The position numbers and the translations under genes were made by a program. Below the pieces are notes generated by a model, which was not told where the DNA came from, did not search any database, and saw only the letters and a program-made list of their open reading frames with translations. Shown here piece after piece: positions 20,233 to 29,143 of a DNA stretch of 64,000 nucleotides (its first letter is position 1; each line of letters starts with the position of its first letter). This stretch comes from an uncultured delta proteobacterium (GTDB lineage: Bacteria; Myxococcota_A; Polyangia; Polyangiales; B10-G4), in NCBI GenBank assembly GCA_963727445.1, contig CAVSGI010000013.1, positions 320,001 through 384,000 of the forward strand. The letters run 5' to 3'.

Positions 20233-21921
20233 ATGGCTTACTCCCTGACCATCGGGCTCCGCTATCTGCGCTCCAAGAAGCGATCGACGGTGTCCTTGAT
20301 CACCGTGATCGCCGTGGCCGGTGTCGCGCTCGGGGTGGGAGCGCTGCTCGCGGTGCTGAGCATCACCAGCGGTTTTCAGGACGCGTTTCGCGACAAGGTC
20401 CTGGGTGTCAACGCCCACGTCCTGGTGCTGAAGTACGGTCTCGACTTCGACGAGTACCGCGACGTCATCACCATGGCGGACGAGATGCCCGAGGTGGCCG
20501 GGGCCGCGCCCTTCGTCATCAACGAGATGATGTTGGCCAAGGGCGACCGCATCGGCGGCGTGCTGGTGAAGGGCGTGGACCCGGAGCTGATGCCGTCGGT
20601 GCTGGACCTGCCGAGTCAGATGGTGGCGGGTTCCCTCGACGGACTGCGGCGCCCCGACGCGCATCCGCCTCTGTCACCCGACGATCTCTCCGCCGGCGGC
20701 GATGCGATGGGCGAAGACCTCGACGACTACCTGCGCGGGCTCACCGGCGAGGGCGACGAGGAAGATGCGCCCGACGCGGGCGCGATGACCGAGGAGCAGA
20801 TGGAGGCGCTCCGGGATCGGATCGCGGAGACGGGCGGTGACGAGCCGCTGATCGTCGGCGACGAAGACGCGCCCGACGCGGCCGCGGAGTGGCAGCCCGT
20901 CTGGGAGACGGATCCCCAACTCGCGGGCGACGGCGAAGGCGACGAGATCGAGCCGCTCCCCGAGGTCGAGGTCCCCACCCTCGAGGAGATGCAGCAGGCG
21001 CTCTCCGAGCTGGACGAGGGCGAGGGGCTGCCCACGGACGACGCCGAGCGCGAGCTCTTCGAAGAGGAAGCCCGCGAGCGCGAGCAAGCCGAGGGTGTGG
21101 TCGATGCGCAGGACCTGCCCGGCGTGGTGGTCGGCAAGACGCTGGCCGCGAACCTCGGTCTCGAGATCGGCGACCGCGTGCGGGTCATCTCGCCCCTCGC
21201 CGGCCTCGACACGAGCCTCTGGGCGCCCAACGACCGCACGCCGCGCAGCCGCGAGTTCCGCGTCATCGGCGTCTTCGAAGCGGGCTTTCAGGAGTACGAC
21301 AGCCGCCTGATCTACGTGGACCTCTACGAGGCGCAGTCCTTCTTCGATCAGGGAGACACGGTCACCGGCGTCGAGATGCGCTTGAACGACATCGACGCGG
21401 CGCCCGAGATCGCACGCAAGATCGAACGCGAGCTCGGCGGCGGTCCCTTCCACACGATGGACTGGGAGGAGCTCAACCGAAACCTCTTCACCGCTCTCGA
21501 GATTCAGAAGGTGATGCTGAGCCTGGTCACCTCCGCGATCATGGTGGTGGCGGCGCTGGTGGTGATCGCGACGCTGATCATCCTGGTACTCGAAAAGAAG
21601 CGCGAGATCGCGATCCTCAAGGCGATGGGCGCGAAGGACTTCAGCGTCCTCGGCATCTTCATGGTGCAGGGTCTGGTGATCGGCGCCTTCGGTACGCTCA
21701 TCGGGCTCTTGTTGGGCGGCGGGGCCGTCGCCTATCTCGACCTCTACCAATTCCCGCTCGATCCGAAGGTGTATCTGATCGACCACCTCCCGGTGCGGAT
21801 CAGCTCGTGGGAGTTCGTGCTGACGACCGGTGTGGCCTTCGCCATCTGCCTTCTGGCGACGCTGATCCCGAGCTGGTGGGCGGCGCGCCTGTTGCCAGCC
21901 GACGGCGTCCGCTACGAGTAG
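20233..21921 (+). CDS. LolC/LolE-family lipoprotein-releasing ABC permease with a large acidic insertion
   Basis: IGLRYLRSK, GVALGV, SITSGF, MacB periplasmic core, EKKREIAILKAMGA, FtsX C-terminus. Confidence 0.9.
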   Translation: MAYSLTIGLRYLRSKKRSTVSLITVIAVAGVALGVGALLAVLSITSGFQDAFRDKVLGVNAHVLVLKYGLDFDEYRDVITMADEMPEVAGAAPFVINEMMLAKGDRIGGVLVKGVDPELMPSVLDLPSQMVAGSLDGLRRPDAHPPLSPDDLSAGGDAMGEDLDDYLRGLTGEGDEEDAPDAGAMTEEQMEALRDRIAETGGDEPLIVGDEDAPDAAAEWQPVWETDPQLAGDGEGDEIEPLPEVEVPTLEEMQQALSELDEGEGLPTDDAERELFEEEAREREQAEGVVDAQDLPGVVVGKTLAANLGLEIGDRVRVISPLAGLDTSLWAPNDRTPRSREFRVIGVFEAGFQEYDSRLIYVDLYEAQSFFDQGDTVTGVEMRLNDIDAAPEIARKIERELGGGPFHTMDWEELNRNLFTALEIQKVMLSLVTSAIMVVAALVVIATLIILVLEKKREIAILKAMGAKDFSVLGIFMVQGLVIGAFGTLIGLLLGGGAVAYLDLYQFPLDPKVYLIDHLPVRISSWEFVLTTGVAFAICLLATLIPSWWAARLLPADGVRYE

Positions 21922-21963
21922 CGCGGAGCGAGGCGTGATAGGGTCCCGCCGATCGGAGGGGCC

Positions 21964-22305
21964 TTGAAGATCGTCATGTACGTCCTGGCCGTGTTGGTCG
22001 GCCTTCTCGGTTTGGTCTTCGTCGCGGGGAACCAGGGCGAGGTGCTGCGCATCGTGGTCGGCGCGGTGTTGATCGCCGCAGCGATCGCCATGGTGGTCGC
22101 GGCGCGCATGCGCCCGCAGGTCACACAGCGGAACATCGTCCAGCGCATCGACGTGGGCGGTGACGTCCGCCTCGAAGAGCTGAAGTGCCAGAAGTGCGGG
22201 GCGACGCTCTCGAAGGAGGCGGTGACGGTGCACGAGGGAGCTGTGATGGTCGCGTGCCCCTACTGCCAGGCCAGCTACCAGATGGAGGAGGCGCCGAAAT
22301 GGTGA
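21964..22305 (+). CDS. Small two-TM membrane protein with C-terminal zinc ribbon
   Basis: GGAGG RBS before TTG; two hydrophobic helices; CQKC...CPYC; stop overlaps next ATG (TGATG). Confidence 0.8.
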   Translation: MKIVMYVLAVLVGLLGLVFVAGNQGEVLRIVVGAVLIAAAIAMVVAARMRPQVTQRNIVQRIDVGGDVRLEELKCQKCGATLSKEAVTVHEGAVMVACPYCQASYQMEEAPKW

Positions 22306-23897
22306 TGCTCTTTTCGAACGTGGCGCGCGCCATCCAGAAGGACGTGGGCGCCTTCTTCGGAGCGGTGCGCGGCGAAGACGAGGTCCCCATCCCGCGCGGG
22401 CTGAACACCTACCCGTTCACCGGAAATGGTGGGCAGACGCGGCTGCATCTCCGCGTTCAGGACGACGGAACCGGCCTGCTCTTTCGCGATGTCACCGACG
22501 TCATCCACCTGACCACCACCGCCACCGAGATGATCTGGATGGCCCTCGAGGGCTGGCCGCCGCGCCGGGCGCTCGGCGCGCTCTCGCGGCGCTACCGGGG
22601 CACGCGCGGGGACTTCGCGGCGGACTACGCGCGGATGCAGCGAGTGGTGCAGGTGTTGTCGACGCCCTCCGCCAGCTGTCACACCTGCGCCCTCGAGCTG
22701 CCGCAGGTGCCGCTCTTCAGCCAGCGCGCCCGCGCGCCGCACAAGGTCGACCTCGCGCTCACCTACGCCTGCAACAACCGCTGCCCGCACTGCTACAACG
22801 ACCCGGAGCGCTTCGACATGCGCGCGCTGCCGGTCGACGATTGGAAGCGCATCCTCGATCAGCTCGCGGAGGTCGGCGTCCCGCACGTGATCTTCACCGG
22901 CGGCGAAGCCACCGTCTACAAGGGCCTCGAAGAGCTCATCGCCCACGCCGACCAGGCGGGGATGATGACCGGGCTCAACTCCAACGGACGGCGCCTCCGC
23001 GATCGCGCGTACGTCGAACGGCTTCGCGACGCCGGCCTCGACCACGTGCAGATCACCCTCGAGAGCCACCACGCCGCGGTGCACGACGCCATGGTCGGCG
23101 CCCGCGCCTGGGAAGAATGCGTGGCCGGCGTGCGCGCCTGCGTCGAGACCGAGGGCCTCCACGTCATCACCAACACCACCATCACGCGCGTCAACGCCGC
23201 CGAGATCGGCGAGACGGTGGAGTTCCTGGGCGACCTGGGCCTGAGCACCTTCGCGATGAACGGGATGATCTACTCGGGCGGCGGCGACGCGAACCCCGAT
23301 GCCATCCCCCAGGACGCCCTGCCCTCGCTCCTGATCGAGGTCCGCGACACCGCCGAGGAGCGCGGGCTGCGGTTCCTCTGGTACACGGTCACCGAGTACT
23401 GCGAGATGAACCCGGTCGAGCTCGAGATCGGGGCCAAGCGCTGTAACGCAGGCGAGTACTCGATGTGCATCGAGCCGAACGGCGACGTGCTGCCCTGCCA
23501 GAGCTACTACATCTCCGCCGGGAACATGCTTCGAGATCCCTGGAGCGAGATCTGGCGCGGCGAGCTCTTCCGCTCCTTCCGCGACCGCGAGGACGATCCA
23601 GCGTGGGCGGGGCTCCCCGACAAGTGCCACACCTGCCCGGACCTGCCGCTCTGCGGCGGGGGCTGCCGCATCGAGCGCGAGTCTGCGGCGGGCGTGGCCC
23701 CGGGCGGCTGTCAGAGCTGCGCGAGCGGCGGACTCACGACGGGACGCGGGATCCGCTCGACAGGCGTCAGCGCCGCGAGCCACTGCACCTGCGGCGAAGG
23801 AGAGAGCGCCGGAGCCGGATGCGCGAGCGATGTGCACCGCGCACCGATGGGTCTCGTCACCCTGCGCATCCCGGAGCGGACGGAGGTCTCGCGATGA
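22305..23897 (+). CDS. Radical SAM/SPASM protein with N-terminal PqqD/RRE-like domain
   Basis: CNNRCPHC, FTGGE, SPASM CNAG...CIEPNGDVLPC and CHTCPDLPLCGGGC; alternative start ATG 22299. Confidence 0.92.
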   Translation: MLFSNVARAIQKDVGAFFGAVRGEDEVPIPRGLNTYPFTGNGGQTRLHLRVQDDGTGLLFRDVTDVIHLTTTATEMIWMALEGWPPRRALGALSRRYRGTRGDFAADYARMQRVVQVLSTPSASCHTCALELPQVPLFSQRARAPHKVDLALTYACNNRCPHCYNDPERFDMRALPVDDWKRILDQLAEVGVPHVIFTGGEATVYKGLEELIAHADQAGMMTGLNSNGRRLRDRAYVERLRDAGLDHVQITLESHHAAVHDAMVGARAWEECVAGVRACVETEGLHVITNTTITRVNAAEIGETVEFLGDLGLSTFAMNGMIYSGGGDANPDAIPQDALPSLLIEVRDTAEERGLRFLWYTVTEYCEMNPVELEIGAKRCNAGEYSMCIEPNGDVLPCQSYYISAGNMLRDPWSEIWRGELFRSFRDREDDPAWAGLPDKCHTCPDLPLCGGGCRIERESAAGVAPGGCQSCASGGLTTGRGIRSTGVSAASHCTCGEGESAGAGCASDVHRAPMGLVTLRIPERTEVSR

Positions 23898-25126
23898 CCA
23901 GCCCCCTCACCCACTTCTCCCGCGAGCGCGACGGTCAGGTCGCGCGCTATCACCTGCGCGTCGATCCCGACGGCTCGGGGATCCTCCTCGCCAACGCTTC
24001 GGCCGCGCTTCGCCTCTCACAAACCGGCGTGATCATCGCCCGCGGGATCCTCGAAGGCGCGAGCCCCGGGCGCATCTCCAAGGACCTCGCGCGCAAGTTC
24101 GCGCACGTCGACCGATCGAAGGCGAGCCAGGACGTCGACCGCGTCGGCAAGGCGATCGACGACCTCGCCCGCCCGCGTGACGGGATCGCGCTGACCAGCC
24201 TCGACGACCCAGATGCCACGCTGCACCGGCGCGCGCTCTCGGCGCCGCTCTGCGCCGAGGTGGTCACGCCCTCGGCGGGTCGAGCGAAGGAGATCGTCCA
24301 CCGCCTCTGGGACATCGGCATTCCGCAGGTGCGCTTCGTGCTTCCCGTGGGCCACAACGCCGGCCATCTCGTTCACCTGGTAGAGGCGGCGGAGGACGTG
24401 GGGATGATCACCGGCGTGCGCGCGCGGGCGTCGGACCTGATGCCGGAGACCGTGGTCCGCGGCCTGGCCATGGCGGGGCTCGACCACCTCGACCTGCTCT
24501 GGAGCGGTGTCGACCCGCAGATGCACGAGGACCTCTTCGGCGAAGGGGACCTCGCGCATGCGGAGAGGCTCCTCGCGCTCTGTCACGACCTCGAGCTCTT
24601 CCCGATCGCCGTCATGCCGTTGCTCGGGGCGATCCTCGACGATCTCGACGACCTGGGTCGCGTCCTCGCGAAGCATCGCATCGAGGCGCTGGTGGCTTAT
24701 GCCATCACCGACGAGGACGGGCAGGGTCGCGCACTGTCGAGCATCGAGCTCCCACAGGTGGCGACCAGCCTCGAAGAGGTGGCCGAGCACGGCAACATCA
24801 ACCTCGTATGGGCGGCGCCGGAAGAGCGCGACCCGTCGATCACGCTGGTGGAGCAGGTCGCGGCCGGACCGCGCGCCGCGGGCGAGGCCTGCATCCGCAT
24901 CGAGGCCGACGGGCGGGTGATCGCGCCCAACGGGCCGGCGACGATGGCGGGCAACCTCTTCGACGATCCCTGGGAAAAGATCTGGCAGGCCCCGATCTTC
25001 CACCACTGGCGCACGTCGGTGGACGATCCGCCGCGGTGCACGATGTGCCCGGGGCTCGCCCTCTGCGCCGCCGGCTGCCCGAAAGACCGCGCGACCTGGG
25101 CCACCCTTTCTGGAGGTGAGAAGTGA
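23894..25126 (+). CDS. Degenerate radical SAM/SPASM paralogue lacking CxxxCxxC, with RRE-like N-terminus
   Basis: ATGA overlap; HLRVDPDGSGILL matches HLRVQDDGTGLL of the upstream gene; no CxxxCxxC; retains CTMCPGLALCAAGC. Confidence 0.8.
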   Translation: MTSPLTHFSRERDGQVARYHLRVDPDGSGILLANASAALRLSQTGVIIARGILEGASPGRISKDLARKFAHVDRSKASQDVDRVGKAIDDLARPRDGIALTSLDDPDATLHRRALSAPLCAEVVTPSAGRAKEIVHRLWDIGIPQVRFVLPVGHNAGHLVHLVEAAEDVGMITGVRARASDLMPETVVRGLAMAGLDHLDLLWSGVDPQMHEDLFGEGDLAHAERLLALCHDLELFPIAVMPLLGAILDDLDDLGRVLAKHRIEALVAYAITDEDGQGRALSSIELPQVATSLEEVAEHGNINLVWAAPEERDPSITLVEQVAAGPRAAGEACIRIEADGRVIAPNGPATMAGNLFDDPWEKIWQAPIFHHWRTSVDDPPRCTMCPGLALCAAGCPKDRATWATLSGGEK

Positions 25127-26991
25127 TGCGCCGCCTCTCGACTTGGGCCGCCCTCACGGCCGCGACGATCGTGCTCCTCTTCCCGGCGCTGGCGACGGCT
25201 CCTGCCGCTGCGCAGACCTATGCGTTCTCCGTCCCGCAGGTGACGATGGAGTGCAGGGTCAACACCGACGCCTCGGTGCGCATCCACTACATCATCGAGT
25301 TCGAGAACAGCTCCTACGGCTCGCCCATCGACGTGGTCGACGTGGGGCTTCCCCACGACGATTACCGAATCTCGAACATGCGGGCGTCCCTCGACGGCGT
25401 GGAGACGCACGCCATCGCACCCTCCACCTACATCGACACCGGCGTCGAAGTGCACATCGGCGCCGGGATCCCGGCCGGGGCCCGCGGCGTCTTCGAGTTC
25501 ACGACGACCATGCCGGATCTCGTATTCTCGGACACGACCGACGATGCGCTGGCGTCGATACGCATCACGCCCACCTGGTTCGATGGAGCCCTCGTCACCG
25601 GCGACACCGATCTGCGCATCGCCATCGAGCTGCCGCCGGGCGTGAACGCCGAAGAGGTCCTGAATCAGGGCACGCCGTTCTACAACAAGGCCGACCTCGA
25701 CGATCACGCGCTTGTCGGCTTCCGCTTCGAGCACACGCGCTTCACCGAGGCGCACATGGTCGGCATCTCCTTCCCGCGCCGAGTGATGAGCCGCGTGGTG
25801 GAGATCACCAAGTGGGACCTCCTCGTGAAGTGGTGGGAAGACAACCCGAAGGTCCGCGTCATCGCCGGCATCCTGATGCTGCTGGTGTCGCTCCTCTTCT
25901 TCATGCGCTTCACCGGCTTCACCGGCTGGTCGGTCTTCATCTTCCTCGCAGGCGTGGTGGGGGTGCTCTGCTACTTCGCGCCGTTGGTGCAGCTGGTTCT
26001 GATCCCGGTCATCCCGGTGGTCGGCGCGCTCCTCGAATGGCGCACGCAGCGGAGAAAACGGACGTACCTGCCGCCCATCGCCTCGGTGGAAGGCGGCGGG
26101 ATCAAGCGCGGGCTCACCGCGCCCGAGGCCGCGGTGCTCCTCGAGCTGCCCCTGGGCCGGGTGCTGACGCTGGTCGTCTTCGGGATGCTGCGGAAGCGCC
26201 TGTTGATCCAGCAGAACCTCAAGCCGCTCACCGTGAGCATCGTCCCTGCCATCGCCCAGGCCAAGAAGCACAAGGCGCGGCGGCGGGCGGCGGCTCAGGC
26301 CGGGCTGGTGATCCACGCCTATGAGCACGCCTTCCTCGACGCCATCGACGACAGCCGCGGCCTCTCGGTGAACGAGGTCGACTTCGGCGCGGCGATGAAG
26401 AAGCTCGTCGAGCACGTCGCGGAGCGCGTGCTCGGCTTCGACGTGGACCAGACGAAGAAGTACTACCGGTATCAGATCCAGCGCGCGTGGACCGAGGCCG
26501 AGGCCATCGGCGAGCTAGACATGCGCACCAAGAAGGTCGACGAGAAGCTCGAGTGGTTGCTCATGGACGACGACTACGACGACCGCTTCTCGAGTTGGGG
26601 GACGGGCGGCTACTGGTACCGGCCCACCTGGGGCTACGTCCACACGGGCGGCGGCGTCGATCTCGGCAGCGTCGCCGACGCAGCGGCGTCCGCCGGCGGG
26701 GGCGCCATCGACCACACGCAGACGAGCTTCGGCGACGTGGCGGCGGGCTTCGCCGGGTGGACCGAGCGCGTCACCGGCCAGCTCTCGAACGCCATCCGGC
26801 CGGGCGACGTGAACGCGGCGGCCGCCGGCGGCGTCATCGATCTCTCCGGCGCCGACAAGGTGACGGGCGAGGTCCTCGAAGCCTTCTTCTCCAACAGCGG
26901 CGGCGGTGGCGGAGGTGGCGGCGGCGGGGGCTGCGCGTGCGCCTGCGCCGGCTGCGCGTGCGCGTGCGCCTGTGCCGGCGGCGGCCGATGA
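25126..26991 (+). CDS. DUF2207-like membrane protein with Gly-linker and (Cys-Ala)n C-terminal tail
   Basis: Signal peptide, VNTDASVRIHY exported domain, three TM helices, LTAPEAAVLL, YEHAFL, tail G11-CACACAGCACACACAGGGR. Confidence 0.82.
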   Translation: MRRLSTWAALTAATIVLLFPALATAPAAAQTYAFSVPQVTMECRVNTDASVRIHYIIEFENSSYGSPIDVVDVGLPHDDYRISNMRASLDGVETHAIAPSTYIDTGVEVHIGAGIPAGARGVFEFTTTMPDLVFSDTTDDALASIRITPTWFDGALVTGDTDLRIAIELPPGVNAEEVLNQGTPFYNKADLDDHALVGFRFEHTRFTEAHMVGISFPRRVMSRVVEITKWDLLVKWWEDNPKVRVIAGILMLLVSLLFFMRFTGFTGWSVFIFLAGVVGVLCYFAPLVQLVLIPVIPVVGALLEWRTQRRKRTYLPPIASVEGGGIKRGLTAPEAAVLLELPLGRVLTLVVFGMLRKRLLIQQNLKPLTVSIVPAIAQAKKHKARRRAAAQAGLVIHAYEHAFLDAIDDSRGLSVNEVDFGAAMKKLVEHVAERVLGFDVDQTKKYYRYQIQRAWTEAEAIGELDMRTKKVDEKLEWLLMDDDYDDRFSSWGTGGYWYRPTWGYVHTGGGVDLGSVADAAASAGGGAIDHTQTSFGDVAAGFAGWTERVTGQLSNAIRPGDVNAAAAGGVIDLSGADKVTGEVLEAFFSNSGGGGGGGGGGGCACACAGCACACACAGGGR

Positions 26992-27006
26992 CGCATTCGC
27001 GTCCAC

Positions 27007-27025
27007 TTTGGGCCCCAGGCCCAAA
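27007..27025. terminator. Perfect 8-bp hairpin after the CACAC-tail gene (terminator, processing site or operator)
   Basis: TTTGGGCC-CCA-GGCCCAAA. Confidence 0.4.
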
Positions 27026-27055
27026 TTGAACACGAATGCCGCGATCCGATCACAC

Positions 27056-27814
27056 ATGGCCGATATGAGCGAAGGCGCGCCGCCCAGCATCCCGCCAGAG
27101 TCGGTCCTTCGCGCCCAGGACGCGCTGATCGCGCCGATGCGCTCGCGCATCCTGCGGCGCATCGGCATCGGCCACCGCGGGCCCGTCCTCGACCTCGGCG
27201 CGGGGCCGGGGGTGGTGAGCGCGGAGCTGTTGCGGCGGAGCCGCGGTCCGGTGGTCGCCCTCGATCGCGATCCCATCGTGAAGAAGGCGCCCGCCGACGA
27301 GCGCGTCGTCGCCGACGCGACCGCCCTGCCCTTCGCCTCGGGCCGCTTCGCGCTCGTCTACGCGCAGTTCGTCTTTCTCTGGAACGACGCGGCGGCGCGA
27401 CGCCGCATCGCCGAGGAGATCGCTCGGGTGCTCTCACCGGACGGCGTGGTGGTGATCGTCGAGCCGGACTATCACGCCGCCATCGAGCACCCCCCCACCA
27501 TCGCCATCGCCCCGACCGCCGCCGCCGCCATCGCACGCGCGGGTGGGGTGCCCGACGTCGCCCGGCGCCTGCCGGCGGAGCTCTGTGAGGCGGGCCTGAC
27601 GGTGCGCATCGAGCAGAGCCCGGAGCTCGTCCCGCCCAATCCCGCGCGCTTCGCCGCGCTCGAAGGATTGCCGCTCACCGCCGAGGAGCAGGCGCGCATC
27701 GCGCAGGCGAAGAACGCTGACGCCGCGCTTCGCCCCGACGCCCGCTTCGCTCACGTACCGCTCTTCTTCTTCACTGCCGAGTCTGGGGCCTCGGGTCGAC
27801 GACGCGGCCCATGA
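27056..27814 (+). CDS. Class I SAM-dependent methyltransferase
   Basis: VLDLGAGPG, VVALDRD, ADATALPF, ARVLSPDG, EPDY. Confidence 0.85.
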   Translation: MADMSEGAPPSIPPESVLRAQDALIAPMRSRILRRIGIGHRGPVLDLGAGPGVVSAELLRRSRGPVVALDRDPIVKKAPADERVVADATALPFASGRFALVYAQFVFLWNDAAARRRIAEEIARVLSPDGVVVIVEPDYHAAIEHPPTIAIAPTAAAAIARAGGVPDVARRLPAELCEAGLTVRIEQSPELVPPNPARFAALEGLPLTAEEQARIAQAKNADAALRPDARFAHVPLFFFTAESGASGRRRGP

Positions 27815-29132
27815 AGAGGATCGTCCCCGAGCTCGGCTCGCGGATGGCGAAGAGGAAGGGGCGGTCGGCGCGGATCTCGATCGGCTCGGCGGGTCGCCCG
27901 CCGCCAAAGCCCATCGTGACCGCGGTGGCCGCGGCCGCCTCGGTCCCCTCTTCGTCCACCTTCACGAACACCTGGTGGTACGCCTCGCTCACATAGAGGC
28001 GCTCGTCGGGGTCGGCGGGGCGCCCGATGCCGAAGAAGTCGGCTGCGCCGTCGTCGAACGCGAGACGCATGCCGAGCGCCTTCAGGGCTGTGGAGAGGGT
28101 CATGCGGGTCGACATCTCGAAGCGCGGCATCACCAGGCGCACCCGGTCCTGTGAGAGAAGCCCGACCCATCGCTCGAACTGATCACCCGAGAGCTGGCCT
28201 TCGATGGCTGGCAGGCCCGTGGCCGAGTCGGGGATGATCAGCGTCATCACCAGCTCGTCGCCGCGGTAGGGCAGCTCGACCACCGTCACGTCGCCGCGAT
28301 GCGCGTGCTTCAGGTTCTCGGTCTGCCGCATCAGCGGCACCTCGATGGTCGAGCCATCGGCGAGAGTGAAGCGCTCGTCGCGAGTGAGCGCTGAATCGAA
28401 GGGCTCGGCCCACGCGCCCAGGAAATAGACGGCGTTGACCAGCACCAGGCCGGTGTCGGCGGTGATCGAAGTCGGGGGCAACAGATCGGTGATCCGCTCG
28501 CGTGTCTGTTGGGCGACCCATTCGTTGATGTGCTCGCGCTGCTCGTTCGGCGCGCCGTGGAAGTCCACGCCTTCGAAGGGCGCGGCGTAGGTGGTGCGCG
28601 TCAGCGTGAGGTAGTCCTGCTCGAAGCGAGCGCTCTGCTCGCCGAAGAGGCGATCCACGACGCGCAGCTCGTAATCCTCGCGGTTCGGATCGTTCCAGCG
28701 CGCGAGCACGCGGCCCGCGGCTTCGTGCACCGCGTCGGCGTCCCCAACGAGGCCCATGGTGCGCGCCATCTCCGCTGCGGTCTCACCCCGGGCGCCGCCG
28801 AAGACCATCTCGAAGGCGAGGGTGATGGAGGCCGGCGAGATCGCGAGATTGCCGTCGGCTCCGCGCGCCTGCCCGTAGATCGCGAAGCCGAAGGCGTTGC
28901 TGGTGCGAGCGAAGGCCGAGGCCTGCTCCGCCGTGGGCGGCTCCTGCTCGCGCGGCTCGGGGTTCGAGAAGAACGACTCCGGCGCTTCGTCGTTGCCGGC
29001 GCCCTCGCTTTCGGCCTCGGCCGTCTCCGGCGCTTCGGTGCTGATCTGCGGCGCGGACGGCTGCGTGACGGGCCCGTTCGTCCCGCACTTGCAGGCGCAG
29101 AGCGCCATCAAGACCACGAAGAATCGCCGCAT
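27771..29132 (-). CDS. Serpin (serine protease inhibitor), lipoprotein
   Basis: NLAISPASI, GARGET, LVNAVYFLGAW, hinge DEEGTEAAAAT, ADRPFLF, ILFMGRV; ATG 29132 with lipobox-like Cys. Confidence 0.95.
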   Translation of the reverse strand: MRRFFVVLMALCACKCGTNGPVTQPSAPQISTEAPETAEAESEGAGNDEAPESFFSNPEPREQEPPTAEQASAFARTSNAFGFAIYGQARGADGNLAISPASITLAFEMVFGGARGETAAEMARTMGLVGDADAVHEAAGRVLARWNDPNREDYELRVVDRLFGEQSARFEQDYLTLTRTTYAAPFEGVDFHGAPNEQREHINEWVAQQTRERITDLLPPTSITADTGLVLVNAVYFLGAWAEPFDSALTRDERFTLADGSTIEVPLMRQTENLKHAHRGDVTVVELPYRGDELVMTLIIPDSATGLPAIEGQLSGDQFERWVGLLSQDRVRLVMPRFEMSTRMTLSTALKALGMRLAFDDGAADFFGIGRPADPDERLYVSEAYHQVFVKVDEEGTEAAAATAVTMGFGGGRPAEPIEIRADRPFLFAIREPSSGTILFMGRVVDPRPQTRQ

Positions 29133-29143
29133 CGTCCCTCCGT

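Noticed and set aside
26989..27025. Selenocysteine read-through of the TGA after the Cys-rich tail, with the hairpin as SECIS
   Set aside because: The TGA follows GGGR rather than occupying a Cys position, the read-through sequence looks non-coding, and the hairpin is a simple perfect stem.
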